From Schmidtea polychroa (lineage: Eukaryota), in contig CM097886.1 in the NCBI GenBank assembly GCA_044892525.1, positions 167,140,312 through 167,204,311 on the forward strand: DNA of 64,000 nucleotides. The letters are read 5' to 3'. Numbering within the stretch: the stretch's first letter is position 1; every line of letters starts with the position of its first letter. The notes under the pieces were generated by a model, which saw nothing but the letters and a program-made list of their open reading frames with translations, did not search any database and was not told the origin of the DNA. The position numbers and the translations under genes were made by a program. Shown here piece by piece: positions 1 to 13,989 of the stretch.

Positions 1-1310
1 GGTGTTTCTCAAAAGATTAAGAACTAAGAATATCGAGAAATAATAACAGGATATCAGAAGGAGAATTATATAAAAGTCGTAACGCCAGACGACAAAGTAA
101 AACACAAAATGGCTTCTCTCACACTTCCCAGTAATAAAGAGAGATCGACAATCGACTAAGGTCAGAATAGTTTTCGAGGCAGCAGCAAAGGACGAAGTAA
201 ATTGTTTAATTGATTTTATTGAGACCGGTCCTAATTTCCAAAACGATCTGATAGAGATATTGTTGAGGTATAGGAGGTATAGGATCGCAATCGTGTGTGA
301 TATTTCAAAGATGTTTTTACAGGTTCAAGTAGAGGAGGCCATATTCAAGGTTCTTATTGTGTGAAAATGGCCAGGTCAAGTGTTACAAATTTACGAGATT
401 AGTCATCGAACCTAAAGCTTCTCGGTTCCTAACCCAAATGGTAGCACAAAAGAACGCAATCAAATATATCAAATAATAACAAAATCTACATATATAGATG
501 ATATCTTAAAAAATCAGAGGGGAAATAATTGAGAAAACGTTAATGACAATCCAAAACAAGGTAAAAAAATCACGAATGAATTGCCTTGAACCAGAAACTT
601 ACTCGTGTAGGAAAACTTTGCAGAGGGTGATGGGATAGGTATTAAAATTTATCCATAATGCTGGAACAAGACAAGAACCCCGAATTTCCGGTGAGTTGAA
701 ACTGGAAGAAATTCGAAAAGGTGAAAAAACAGTAATTAGAAGACACCAATAGAATTATTACCGAGATGAGATAAAAAGATAAGAAGGAAACAAGAAGTAA
801 ACCAAAAAAGTGAATTAGTGAGGCTTAATCCGATGATAGATGAAGATGGAATAATACGAGCCAACAGTAGAATAATAGAAGCGGGATTCCTCACGATAGA
901 AGCTAGATATCCTATAATATTTGGGGGGGGGAGTTGGATATCATGGTTAATAATCGAAAATTATCATATTGAGAGGTTTCATCTGATGAGTTATATTGAA
1001 CAACGATCGTGGATAGTCTGTGCAAGAAACTAAAATAAAAGGAACTGCTTGATATACAGGAGAAGATAAGGTAAACGAATTGTAAATATGATGGCGCCTT
1101 TGCCTAAATTGCGATTTGAAGAACCCGTTCCTCATCGTACAAAGGAGAGCCAAACGTAACTTATGCCTATTTATTTGCCTACAAACGAGAGCTGTTCACC
1201 TAGAAATGGCTTATGATTTAGAAACGGAAGCGTTTAAACAAGCATTCTTAAATTTATTAGTCGCCGAGGAAGGCTGAGAACTATAATATTCGATAATTGG
1301 ATCAAAATCA
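1..1310 (+). pseudogene. Degenerate, internally deleted BEL/Pao LTR retrotransposon pol fragment
   Basis: Hand translation gives TKVRIVFEAAAK...ETGPNFQNDLIEILLRYRRYRIAIVCDISKMFLQV (Pao RT motifs, ~155-330), RLNPMIDEDGIIRANSRI (ORF 818-1033) and the integrase motif CLQTRAVHLEMAYDLETEAFKQAFL/FISRRGRLRTIIFDN (~1175-1300). Stops and frameshifts lie between these blocks. Confidence 0.85.
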
Positions 1311-1842
1311 CTTGTAAAAGGCAGTGCGGAAAATTCGTGAATATCAAAAAAACATCAATATATTTACTGATTCATAGTCAAGCTTTTTAATATATATATC
1401 TCCAAAAATAAAAATTTTTTGTGGTTTTTTTAAAATAGCTACGAAAAAATAAAAATGAATTGTACCACCAATTCAACTGTTGAAATTACTTATTCAAGGC
1501 ATTCGACTTTTCTGAAAATTAGACGTTTTAATAAAAGAGATCTATGGTGCAGATATTGTAACAGATATATTAGGTGGAGTTGCAAGGGTACAAAGGGTTT
1601 CAAGGACTTTTTATGTCATGTTATATTGGTATATATTTCCTAATCTAATATTAAAAACAATAATTGAATTGTTTATTTAAAATTTTTCAATTTAAATTGA
1701 AATATATTTAAAATATATTTTTATATTTTTTTATTATTAATAAAAATTTAACAAAATAATAATCAAAATTTACTTTAAATTATTAAAGATTTTTTAAAAT
1801 TTACTATGTAAAATTTTTTATTAATTTATCATAATGAAAAAC

Positions 1843-2610
1843 GGGATCCGGATAAAACACCGAAACCAAAAACTCGAAATTAAAACTTCGAAAACAAAAA
1901 CACCGAAAAATATAATTTCGAAATGCAAAAACATCGAAAAATAAAATATCGAAAACATAAACATCGAAAGCATTTTTAAGGCATTTTTTAAAGCATTTGA
2001 GGGGCGTGTTTGTAAATTTTGACATTTGAGGAGGCGTGGTTGTTGATGTAACAATTTTAACATTTGTTGACTTTTAAAACTAATTTCGAAAATAGTATGT
2101 GTGATAGGTTTTATTTACTAACCTTAATTAATATACCCTTGCGACATGTTGAGTGTGAGTAGTACCCTTGTGACCATTACCCATATGAGCAATACCCATA
2201 GGGGGACAGAATATTTTGTCGGATAAACTAGGAGTATATACACCCATGTTAAACAAGGTATGTGTATATAGAATGTATGTATAAAATTGTAAATTATCGC
2301 TCCTTATTGACAACTTCCTGTAAAGGTAAACACAGAATATTGCAAACATATAATAATTCTCTACCCCATAACTTAGTGTGTAAAAATTATTTTAAGTTTT
2401 CACTAATATTGATAATAATAATAATTGTTAATGGGATCCGGATAAAACACCGAAACCAAAAACTCGAAATTTTTTATTAATTTTTCGATATTTTGTTTTC
2501 GATATTTTTGTTTTCGATATTTTTTCTATTCGATATTTTTTCTATTCGATATTTTATTTTCGGTGTTTTTGTTTTAGTTTTTTTAATTTTCGGTATTTTG
2601 TCCGGGATTC
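1843..2610. mobile_element. Foldback/MITE-like structure built from short TCGA(T/A)ATTTT-type subrepeats
   Basis: GGGATCCGGATAAAACACCGAAACCAAAAACTCGAAAT occurs at 1843 and again at 2433. An inverted counterpart TTTCGGTATTTTGTCCGGGATTC ends at 2610. Subrepeat arrays at 1860-1980 and 2484-2600 are in opposite orientation. Confidence 0.5.
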
Positions 2611-3209
2611 ATGAAAAACGAATAAAGAATAAATCTAAATATTAACAATTTAAAATTTCTAAAAATAATAATTAAATATTTAGTGCAATAATTTACAAAT
2701 TAAAATCTGAAAGGTTTATTTTAAAAAAACTTACATATTTTACACAATAATAAAAAATCAACTAAATATTAATCAAAATTTATAAAAAAACAAAACTTTG
2801 GTTAGATTTAATTAAATTTGTTGAACGGTAATTTTTTTTTTAAAAATATAAAGAAGCCATTAAATTGACAGTTCTCTGAAAGGGAGAAAAGTTGAATTGA
2901 CAACTGACAATTATCTAATAAATTGAATTTAATCTCTAAAAGTGAAAATTTGGCAAAACGTACAAAAAAAACAAATTTAAATTTAAAAATTTACAAGAAT
3001 TGTTAAAATTATATAATTTATATTTTTATATTGTTTAAATGCCCAATAGCAAAATATAACAATTTTATTATGTGCATTTGCAGTATTTACATATAAATGA
3101 GTAATTTACAGTTTACAAATTGGTGTACAGAATTTTATAAAATTATTGAAATATTTCATTTTAAATTATACTACATCCGTTTTAATGGAAAATATTTTTC
3201 AAAAAATGT

Positions 3210-4121
3210 TAGTTATTTTAAGTTTTTAAATTTATTAAACGATAAAATAAAAATATCAAGATTTAAACCTTTATTTAAAACTTTATTTTAATTTCTTCCA
3301 TTAGCAAATATTTAGGAGATAATTTTTTAATATAATTAAAATAATTTTTAATCAATAATTTAACAATAATGAACAATAAAAGCTCAAAAATGTATTTTTT
3401 TTATTTTCTAAAATTGATTTTATCTCTTATTTGTATGTTTGTTTTATTATAGAAATTACGTGCGTCGTGTTTGTAAGCTTTATTAACTTTTTATACCATA
3501 TATCGAGACCTATAAAAAATTGATAGGTGTAACTGCTAACGAACTTTCAACACACAACAAGTTTGTGTGTTTCCTATAATATAATTTATTGAGTATTTTC
3601 TTATATTATAGAACGTTTTTTATAAATTGCTAGAGATATTTATTGAAAATTTTAAGAATAAAAACAGACTATTCTTTGAAATAACTCCTAGATTCGAAAT
3701 ACCTAAAAGACAAATGAATCTCCTTTGCCTTGGTTGGAAGTCAGTAAAATTTGAAAGCATATTTTAATAAATACCGATTTCGAAATAAATTAAAAATTCT
3801 GACCTAAGTTAAAAAATTTGCAATACTAGATGTACTTTTTAAATGTTAAGTGTTTTTAAATAAATATATCTTCTCAAAAACAAGAATGTATTAAATAACT
3901 TTAAACTTTAATTTATAGCATAGTATTTTTATTTCAATGTTATCAGAAAATTGACTTTTCTCTATCGAATGATGAATAATTTATCCAATTTAGTTAAGTG
4001 TTTTTTTAAAAACTGTAATACTAGTTATTTTAAGTTTTTAAATTTATTAAACGATAAAATAAAAATATCAAGATTTAAACCTTTATTTAAAACTTTATTT
4101 TAATTTCTTCCATTAGCAAAT
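3210..4121 (+). repeat. ~100-bp identical direct duplication (3210-3309 and 4022-4121)
   Basis: TAGTTATTTTAAGTTTTTAAA...TTCTTCCATTAGCAAAT is present at both positions. Confidence 0.8.
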
Positions 4122-4384
4122 TACATGTTTATTTTAAATAAATTATCTTAAAAATTTAAAAATTATTTGATATAAACAATGTATTTTCTAAATTAAAATA
4201 TTTTAATCTATGAAACTAATATTCATATTTTTAAAAGTATTTATTATAATAATAAAATATATTTTAAAAATTTTTAATATTCTAAAAAATATAATTAAAA
4301 TTTATTAATGAAATATTAGCCAATAGAAATTAAAAAAAATATTTTTAATATATTATGACTATCTATTAATTGTAATTGAAAAGG

Positions 4385-5332
4385 ATGGTTATAAAAATCA
4401 TGAATAAAATCTGCAGTTTCTGTTTGGCCAGTAATTCTGTTTCAACTTGTATTATCAATTGTGACCATGAAGCTTGCTTCTCTTGTATTTTGGATCTTTG
4501 CATGGATGATATGATATGCCCGATAGATGGCGCCATAGTATTTTCAGTTCAAGTTCCAAAGTTCTATTCAAATATTCTTAGTGAAATCTCAATTGCAAAA
4601 TTTCCCAACTATAAAGTAGATTATGAAATCCGAGGTTGGCTAAAACAATGCCGAGAGCTCACAAGCGTATCCAATCATCACTTAAAGTTTTCCATGCATC
4701 AGTATTTCCAATTGTCATCAGAAATCGTCCATTTCTATGAGTCGGTATATGAAACTTATCAAACAACTGAAAAACATTATCAAACTTTGTTTAAAATTAT
4801 TGGAAAATCAACTAAAACATTAAAACAAGAAATTAAATTTGATTTCGCAAATAAAAATTTTCCGAAAATAAACGCCCTTTTAAAAAGTGAAAAACTCATA
4901 TGTGAAGAAAATGAAAAAAACATTGAAAAATGGATGAAAACATTTCAAAATTACAAAGTTTTCTATGAAAATCAAATGAAGACTTGTATCGAAAACAAGC
5001 AACAAGTTAAAAAACATAAGATAAACACTTTAAAAAAACCAATAAAATTAGTAAAAAAAATTTATAAAAATTTCCTTTTCCAGGTGAGATATTTTTACGA
5101 GAAGTTTGAAGAATTATTAACAAAATGGAAATGTCTATACTTGAAATTTTCAAAGGTGGAAAAATTCATTTTCGAAAAAGAACCCTTTGACTGTTTAAAG
5201 AACTTTTCTGTCACAAGTTTTACTTCTATTCCATTTGTCATAATGAGAAATTCTAAACATTACGAAGTTATGAGGATGAAACTCGTTGACAAGCTTGAAA
5301 AAGTTTTGAAATCGCTTGTAGAACAAGGATGA
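4385..5332 (+). CDS. Intronless RING (C3HC4) finger protein with a predicted coiled-coil C-terminal region
   Basis: ORF 4376-5332 (first ATG 4385, alternative 4400) has CSFC...C-x-H-x2-C-x2-C...CPID spacing, followed by a long K/E/Q-rich helical region. It has no internal stops in an AT-rich background. Confidence 0.7.
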   Translation: MVIKIMNKICSFCLASNSVSTCIINCDHEACFSCILDLCMDDMICPIDGAIVFSVQVPKFYSNILSEISIAKFPNYKVDYEIRGWLKQCRELTSVSNHHLKFSMHQYFQLSSEIVHFYESVYETYQTTEKHYQTLFKIIGKSTKTLKQEIKFDFANKNFPKINALLKSEKLICEENEKNIEKWMKTFQNYKVFYENQMKTCIENKQQVKKHKINTLKKPIKLVKKIYKNFLFQVRYFYEKFEELLTKWKCLYLKFSKVEKFIFEKEPFDCLKNFSVTSFTSIPFVIMRNSKHYEVMRMKLVDKLEKVLKSLVEQG

Positions 5333-6477
5333 TGCTATTATTAAAATAATATATTTTTAAATAATTGGTTTTTTTTCTTTATTTTACTTTGTTTTCTATG
5401 TGAAAGTAATTTCATCAAATTAATAATAAAAAATAATTAAAATAAAATAAATTATTATTTTATATTAAAATATTTCTGGAATTGTTGTTTTCCCCCGAAA
5501 AAATGGTTTTTTGATGTTTGTGAAACATAAAAATGTTAAAATTGTAAAATGAAATCTACTATGAACAGTTAATTTCACTAACATATTTTGCATGATTTAT
5601 AGAAAATACACCAATGTGCAATCCACTCAAAATTGTATGTAAATTTGAATTTTGATTGAAATAAATTTGATTGGATGTATTTATCTTGCATATTTAATTA
5701 TACCTGACTGTGCATGCGTCACATTGCTTCTGTTTATATTAAATTGAATTAGGAAATACCATTGTTAATAAATCTATATGCTCAATTTTTTGTCTAATTT
5801 GCCCTATAGGCATCCTGTAAATATTTTATTTAAACTTAGTTTTTTCAATAGGTCCTAATGGGGGACCACTTCCTGGACTAATTTTGACAGTTCCTAGGTC
5901 GTAATAGTAGACCAAATACAATAATAGACACTCATACGTTAAAAGTTGTAAATATAAAGTTTAACAACATGTTAATACAAAATGGAAATTTCTAAATTAT
6001 TAAACCTAATGAAAGAAATTCGAATTTATTCAAACGAAAATTAAAGAAAAGAAATTCTGTCAATATTTGAAAAGACATAATTTATGTGGAATCTCAGAGA
6101 TTATGGATAATTAAAATAATAATTATATTGGAGAGTGTTGAGAAATATTATCCAAACGATTTATAGATGAATTTTATTCTAAAATATCTGAATGATAAAT
6201 CGGGCAATAAATTTTTGATGGGAAAGATTATGACAGAGAAAATGGCAGAGATTCAGGTGAAAATATTATATATATATATATATATTTGTTTGATTCTTAA
6301 TCCAAATTCTATAATAACGCGACAAATAAATTCAAAATAAATTTTTATTAATTAAGTCAATTTTATTGTTTTAAAAATAATTAAAATATTATTATTATTT
6401 GAATATTATTGTTATTTTATTTTTATTATGTATATTATTTAATAATTTTCATATTGATATTTATAAGACTATAAATC

Positions 6478-6598
6478 AAAACAATATATAAGGCACACGA
6501 TATTTCGGTGTAGCTTTTATCAAGTGTGTATTTACACACTTATATTTACACTCTTGATAAAAATCTGACGAAATATCGTGTATCTTATATATTGTTTT
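6478..6598. mobile_element. ~120-bp hairpin MITE-like repeat; related copy at 11286-11386
   Basis: AAAACAATATATAAG..CACGATATTTCG / CGAAATATCGTG..CTTATATATTGTTTT form inverted arms. The second copy has similar arms and a similar downstream flank. Confidence 0.6.
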
Positions 6599-6706
6599 AA
6601 CTTATAGTCTTACAATTAGTGATATGAAAATTATTGAATTAAAAAAGATCAACTGAAACCAAAATATAAATATGAAGATAATTATTATTATTATTACCAT
6701 TATTTG

Positions 6707-6708
<2 letters not shown>

Positions 6709-6769
<61 letters not shown>
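6709..6769. repeat. (TTA)n microsatellite
   Basis: Direct reading; it explains the poly-Asn ORF 6602-6814. Confidence 0.95.
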
Positions 6770-9700
6770 TTTAAAATGCCAATTTCTTAAGAATAAAAGC
6801 GATTTTAATTTCAACTACTGTTAATTACCATTTCTGAAAAATTCTAATTTAAAATTTATATGATAAACTGGAAAAATATTTCAAATACGTCACTAAAATT
6901 ATGCAAATGCGCGCTGATCACGTAATATTATTAATTATTCTTTGAATATTCTCGTAANNNNNNNNNNNNNNNNNNNNNNNNNNNNNNNNNNNNNNNNNNN
7001 NNNNNNNNNNNNNNNNNNNNNNNNNNNNNNNNNNNNNNNNNNNNNNNNNNNNNNNNNNNNNNNNNNNNNNNNNNNNNNNNNNNNNNNNNNNNCAAAATAT
7101 ATAAAAAACGAATATTTCACATTTTGTCAAAATATATTTGTAAATTAGCAGCTGGAATTACTATATGAAAAATGTCCATTTGTATATGTTGATCTTATCA
7201 ATTATACATTGAATATTTCAATGTATGCGCAATATAAATATGTCAAAAATAATAATAATAGTAATAATAATCATAATTATAATTGCTTCAATTTATTTCT
7301 AGATAAATAGAGAGTCGCGAGATATTCGCGCAATCAAACGAGATAGAGCTAGTCTGTATTAAAAATAGTTTAATCTACTCTGTTCCAGCAAAATCTCTAA
7401 TCTTTGATTGAGTATAACTTTCTTCCGTTCTCTGATATTATGAACCCGATAAGTGTTGTATAAGAGTTCTCCATAAGAACGGCTATCGGATTATATAAAT
7501 GACTTTCCTCAGATGAATTATCAAAATCTCGTGGAATTAATTTTCCGACGGATCTGTTTAGTTATTTATATTTATATTTATTTCACTTGCTAATGTATAT
7601 TAATTTGAACAGCATTTTTTCGCCAAATTATTTTTACGATATTTTCTCTATTTCGAGTAAAATATTTAGAAAAGGTTTATATTTAATTAATTATATTTGG
7701 CCTTGTAATTATTCTGTAAACAGAAGTTCTAATATCGTACAAATCACTCCCAGTAAACCAATATGATAAAAGTCCCAGCGAACCTCCACAGGGTTCGGCC
7801 TAAGTCCCACTTGGAAATAGAAAGGAAATTTATAATTATTATGCCTAAATATTAAAATTTGCTCCACCTACAAATTTAATGATTCTAATAATTGGCATTT
7901 TAGTAAAAATTTATTAAAAATTATTTTTTAACAAATATTTGGCTGTTTAATAATCCTCTCTATATTTTATCTAAAATCCGTTCCTGTTTCTAATTATTAT
8001 TTTTATTATCATATCGGGAGATGAAATTCAGATAAGACTTTATAAGTTATTATTATTATTGTTATAGGTTGTTATCAAATTATATGTAATTATAACCAAA
8101 TATATATGTATATGTTGTGTATGCATAATAAAAAGAGTGGGAGAAACCGATAGAGTCACCTATACAAATATTTGGTGGAAAAATCGGGGTGCGTGTATGT
8201 AGTGCGATGGATAATATACCAATAATAACGGTTAATTTAAGTAACAACTTTTATTATCATGAAATGTAATAATAAAACGCACTTTATCGAGAGAATGATC
8301 ACTTTTCGTGGAATGATTACTTTTCACTTTATATAGAAAGTTCAGGAAATTCTCGTAGAGCTTGTTTTGATATTCCAAACAAATATTCCCAATGAATATT
8401 TTACAATCTTTCAAATTTTACGCAAAACAAATTGGTATAAGTTTTTTAATATTTTTGAATATTTTAATTAATTTTCGTATATGGATTTTTTTTAATTTTG
8501 TATAGCGATAATTTACTACGTTAAATTATCGCTATATAGTTCTTTTTACCTTTTATTTTTTAAAAAAATAAAAACTTGCGCCAACAGACGTGACCAACAT
8601 AAAAAAAATATAATTTAACAATACATTAATTATGACTGTTATTTTTTTNNNNNNNNNNNNNNNNNNNNNNNNNNNNNNNNNNNNNNNNNNNNNNNNNNNN
8701 NNNNNNNNNNNNNNNNNNNNNNNNNNNNNNNNNNNNNNNNNNNNNNNNNNNNNNNNNNNNNNNNNNNNNNNNNNNNNNNNNNNATTTGAAATAAAGCCTC
8801 CAGGAATTTTAAAATTATAAAATTAAAACAACTGATATTTATGACGTGAATGAGCAAACTGTCCAAACCATTCCGTATTTATTAGATCCCACTGTCAAAG
8901 AATTGAATTGGAAATTTATATTTAAATAAGTTAGTTGAATAATGACAAATTAGAAATATTATTATTAGTAATTAATAAACTTTATTTAAATTATATATAT
9001 ATAAATTATATATATTTTTTCTAAAATTCCTAGTATGTTTATGTTGGTCAAATAAATATTTTGATTTTTGATGATTTTCAATGTTTTTTTACAAAGTTTT
9101 ACAGAGTTATTTATATATCGACTTTAAAAAGAGGACACCATTGGATCAATATTGGTGAAATCAAAAATCAAGAAGGTCAAATATACACACACTATATAGT
9201 TTATTTAAATTGACAATAAATAAAGCATAGTTCAACAACTTTTAAGAATCTAAAATTGTTATAAAAATTATGCAGGTAAAATCGTCTTTAAAGTAAGGGC
9301 CCACTAACTCAAAGTTGATTATTTGAGTCATTTCAAAGGGTTTGTATCATGTATCCAAATGTTTATTGCAATTATCTAAGGTAATACAAGATTCATTTGA
9401 AGCGTTTTATGGACGGTCAAATCAAATTTTATATAACCGTACAGGTATACTCTTCATCAACATGTATAACAAATGTGTGTGTGCAAGTTTTTACTTATAA
9501 ACAAGAACTATTAGTTTAATATAAATTGAAAATTTAAGTTGTAATCACTTCAATATTGAAATATATTGCAAAAAAATAATTGGAAACAAAAAGGTTGTTA
9601 TATCTTTTCAAGAACGAAATTAAACCACATATGTATTATTCCAGTTACTGCTATGCATTTGAATCTTTTGGATATGTTAGATCAGTGTCAGGTAACCTTT

Positions 9701-9828
9701 TTCACATCGCGGCACCCTAAGCCAATTTATTTTCTCGAGGTAATCTTATATAAAAGATCAACAGTTGGGTATCTTAGAACAGATTTTTATTTACAAGTAA
9801 TGATTCGAATACAATTAAATTTTTTTTT

Positions 9829-10112
9829 TCAATGCTGAATTTGAGATTGCTTTTTAGCGCAAATATGGTTGATGCGAGCCTCAATTTTCGAAAGACAAAC
9901 ACTCATTTCTTGATCGATCATTTTTAGTCTCCCACGCTTTTTTGACTTCATTTCTGTGAGTGCCAAAAAGCCCTACTCGCAAAGATTAGAACTTCCAAAT
10001 GGCAAAAAAAATCCATTGCTTTGCTGCTCAATCGTGGAAATATTCAGAACTCAGAGAGCTTTTTTTCTGCAAAGATTCTTTTGAAAACCAAATCATTTCT
10101 CAAATCAATCAG
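9829..10112 (-). pseudogene. C-terminal fragment of a Charlie/ZBED5-type hAT transposase
   Basis: The minus strand reads PFGSSNLCE*GFLALTEMKSKKR...EARINHICAKKQSQIQH*, matching the hAT dimerisation-domain end (LPFxxTYLCExGFS...K.K.R.RL...QxSH*). It contains in-frame stops. Confidence 0.8.
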
Positions 10113-11575
10113 TTTTTGACCTGCAAAATTTTTTTAAAAATGTTAGATTTTTAAAAGTTGTTTATTTATATATATTTATTGCCCATTACACACATTCACG
10201 CGTACAGTCAACCCCCAAAGAATATGTGCATATATTTTATATTAAAACTATATATTGTGTGTGTATTTGACCTAATTATTTATTAATAAAACTATATCGA
10301 TTTTAAGTGTGTGCTTGACCTAATTTTCGATTTGGCCTATATTGGTCCAGTGGTGGACTGTTTTTAAAGTCGAATTTATCAACAAAAAACCGTGAAAAAT
10401 TTATGAAAAACATTTGAAATTGATAAAATAATATAGATTTGACCTACTTAATTTTTGATATAGTATACTAGGAATTTTAGCGAAAAAATCCTCAAAAAAG
10501 GTAAGGTATTGATCTAGCAGTGGCCTGATCCAAAGGTATCTCATCCATATACTTGCATTTTATTTTGACCAATTACATTTCATGAAAATTATGCCTAAAA
10601 CTGAATTTTAGGAAAATTTTAAAAAATTTAAATTCATAAATAAATGAATAGTTTTTTTCAATCTTCCCACTTTGTTACTATGTACAGTGATGTGGATAAA
10701 CAATATAAGCTTTAATGCAGTTACTTAGAATATGCCATGAATAATTTATTTTTCGAAGATATATTAGTATTTAGTTTAAAATTTATAGAAAATTGTGTTA
10801 ATTTTTATTAATCCTCAAATAAGATTTCAATTTAATTTATTTTTCAAAAAATTTAACTAAAAAAACTTTTATTTCCTTATTCAAAACAAATTCGAATAAA
10901 TTCTATTTTCTGACAATAAAAGGTAAATATCAAAAAGACATGGAATAAACAATGCATAATCGTAAAAGCATTTTCTATTTCATGAAATAATCCAAAAATT
11001 GTAAAAAACAAGATCAAGTATATTAAAAAAAAGAAAAAATTCATTAAAATATTAAAGAGCTTCTTCTTACTCAACTTACTAACTTAATATCATATTTAAA
11101 TGTTTTTAATATTAATTTTATTAAAATCTTAAAATAATAATGAATAGAGAGAAAGAAAAATATATGTTTAGCACAAAAGTTAAAAAGAATTGTTTTAAAA
11201 AATTAAAAAACCCACGCATTTAAAAGCATGATTTTATTCATTTTGTATTCTTAAATTTACTATTGCTGTTTCTAAAACTTCAGATTGAAACAATATATAA
11301 GCTCATTATTTATCAAGTGTGTACAAGGAAATATACGCTTAATAAATACTGTGCCTCAATATCGCGTTCCTTATACATTGTTTTCATTTATAGTCTTTGA
11401 AACATTAATATTAAAATTATTGAATTAAAAAATGATATAAGGTAAAAAATAAAAAAGATAATTACATTTATCCTTTTTGTCTTATTAGAATTCTATTAGC
11501 TGTCAACAATTTGGACCAAAGACCTTAAGAAAAAATCTTGATAGGAATAGGTTATAATATTTTAATGATTTAGAC

Positions 11576-11900
11576 CAGTGTTTCTCAGACTTTTCTCGCT
11601 CGCGGCACACCTGCTCAAAAATCAAATATTTTACAATTTTTTGACTTTCCAATGATATATAAAAAAGCTACTTTTTAGTCTATACTAATTAAATATCATT
11701 ACGAAAGATTTTTATAAGGTAATAAGGACAATTCTTTGTAATTTTGATTCACAGAAGCGACTTCTTTACAATAAAAAGCTTGATATAGTTTTTGTAATTT
11801 TTTTTATTACCAACCTTTTTGTAAAAAAAAGTCTTGCGGCACACCTGGTTCAACCATACGGCAAACTAGTGTGCCGCGGCACACCGTTTGAGAAACACTG
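11576..11900. mobile_element. Non-autonomous hAT element (MITE), 325 bp
   Basis: TIRs CAGTGTTTCTCA / TGAGAAACACTG; exact 8-bp TSD ATTTAGAC at 11568-11575 and 11901-11908. Confidence 0.9.
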
Positions 11901-13671
11901 ATTTAGACTTTAGTTAGTGTTTTAATTATTTTAAATAAATTTTTTTGTTTCAATTTCAGATTTTAGAATTACTATTTAAATAAAGTAAATAGATTTTTTA
12001 TCATGCTTTTAAAATTAATTTGGAGAATTAAATTTAAAAATCCGGATTGTGGCTGTCTTTGGCCACATGATTGTCCAACCCTTGATATAAACCATGTGAA
12101 GTCCTTCTGCTAAGAATGCAGATATTCTGCAAAATTGCAGATTTGAAATATGATTTTTTTCACATAAAATGAGATCCAATAAAAGAGAAATAAAACTAAA
12201 TTGAATATTTTGTTTTAAATAATTTTCAATATTAAAATTTAATAAATAAATAAATAATAAATTATCTGTTTAAATAAGTTTTCTTGTTCAATTATTTACT
12301 GATTTATTCTTGAATATATTTTTATTTTAGCCCGAAGGTTTCAAATTTTAATTTATCATTTTATCACAGCAAGAGTTATAATATGGTAAATATATAAAAT
12401 AGCTTCCCAGGTCGCATAAATTAGGTAGAGAGTATATATATAAATTGAACACAATATAATATTTTAAATAAAATAAAACGCCATTTAAATAAAAATGAAA
12501 TATATTTCAACAACAGGGTGGCCATAACCAATCACTGATATTAAATCACCGTACATATTATATAAATTTTATCAAATAATCATCGAGTTCGTATACATGA
12601 AAAACATTATCATGAAATCAGGCTCAGTCTTTGAAAATTATTTTTGAAAATGTAAAATTGATTTCTAAAAGAATGTACTGAAATCGTGTAGTGGTCTCTT
12701 TCTTATCAGTAATTTTGATAAAATATATCGTATTTCGAATCATACGTTAGATCCGCATTGTCATATGTTTTACAAGGATAGAATTAATATTAGTTGTGAT
12801 TTTTAACCGTTTACAATAACATTCGAAAATATTTTATATGCCAAACGAATGGGTTGTGATAAGTTGAAAAATAATGTTACCGAAAAAGAATATATTTTAG
12901 GCTTTAATCTATATTAACAAAACAGTTTAATGAAAGAAGAAATCAAAATATTTGTGTCGTATATTGATGAAGTTGAAGAAACATTCACGTTTGCTGATGA
13001 ATTAAATATTGATAGACTTGATTTGGAACTTAAATATTTAGAGTTCAATTGTTCACATATAATTAAATATTTAGAAATTAATAAAGATTTTATATATTAT
13101 TTATTAATATAGTGAGCACTCTTAGATAGTAATGTATATTGCGCAATAACAAACACATTGTACTGAATTACACAATATACTTTGAACTGATTCACATTTG
13201 GGCTTCATTACTTATATACTTATTAGAATCATGTAACAATTGCATTGCGTTATAATTGCGTTATAATTATGACATAATTTCAATAGTATTCACTTACTTT
13301 TGACCGAAACTGAACTTTGTTTTTATTAATTTTAATTTGATTCTACCAAACTAGCTATCAGAAAAATTGGGAAATCGCTTTCTTAATTCCAGTCAAATTT
13401 AATTTGATAAGTTAAATTTGTTTTAAATATAAAAGTTTTATTGTTTTTATTTAATTGTTTGATATTTCTAGTTAATAATTTGATTTTTGTTTTATTGTTT
13501 AGAAAAATGGCGTCCAATTTTAGACGATTGAAATATTTCCAGCAAAAAAAACTTATTTTATTAACACGTCAAGGTTTCTCATGTCTAAATCGTTAAAATG
13601 TACAAAATCAATTTTTGTTTATTGATTTTTATTGTCAATAAAATTGCGTGACAAATTTTGTGATTATTGTA

Positions 13672-13702
<31 letters not shown>

Positions 13703-13989
13703 TCATTATTGCTATTATAAATTTAAAATATGTTTTATGAAAAAAATTAACAATTTCATTGGAAAGAAAGTGCTCCGAGAGAGGGAGGCATTAAATCCTC
13801 TCAATTTTTATGGTAATTTTTCACACGTGAATGTTTTAAGCCTTTAGTACAACAAATACACAATATATAAAGGCAAAAAAAAACAAAAAACAAAACAATA
13901 AAAATCAATAAAAACACAGAAATAATAAGTATAAAAATTACTGATAAAGTATTAAGAAATATTTTACTATTTTGAATAGAAACTTTTGT

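Noticed and set aside
1331-1380. ~50-bp motif repeated at ~34208-34257 and partly near 39570
   Set aside because: A real but short dispersed repeat with no defined ends; too little evidence to classify.
6918-7148. ORFs spanning N-runs here and at 8632, 19913, 32844, 33597-34224, 38916, 55854, 60172 and 61619
   Set aside because: They are open only because N is translated as X. The mirrored N-runs in the two arms (20407-20535 and 33037-33164) suggest the runs mark low-complexity sequence.
7390-13112. Short exon-like open frames (e.g. ~7397-7553 minus, 8232-8414, 9090-9480, 10877-11074, 12670-13112)
   Set aside because: Possibly host exons, but I recognise no motif and cannot build a consistent gene model.
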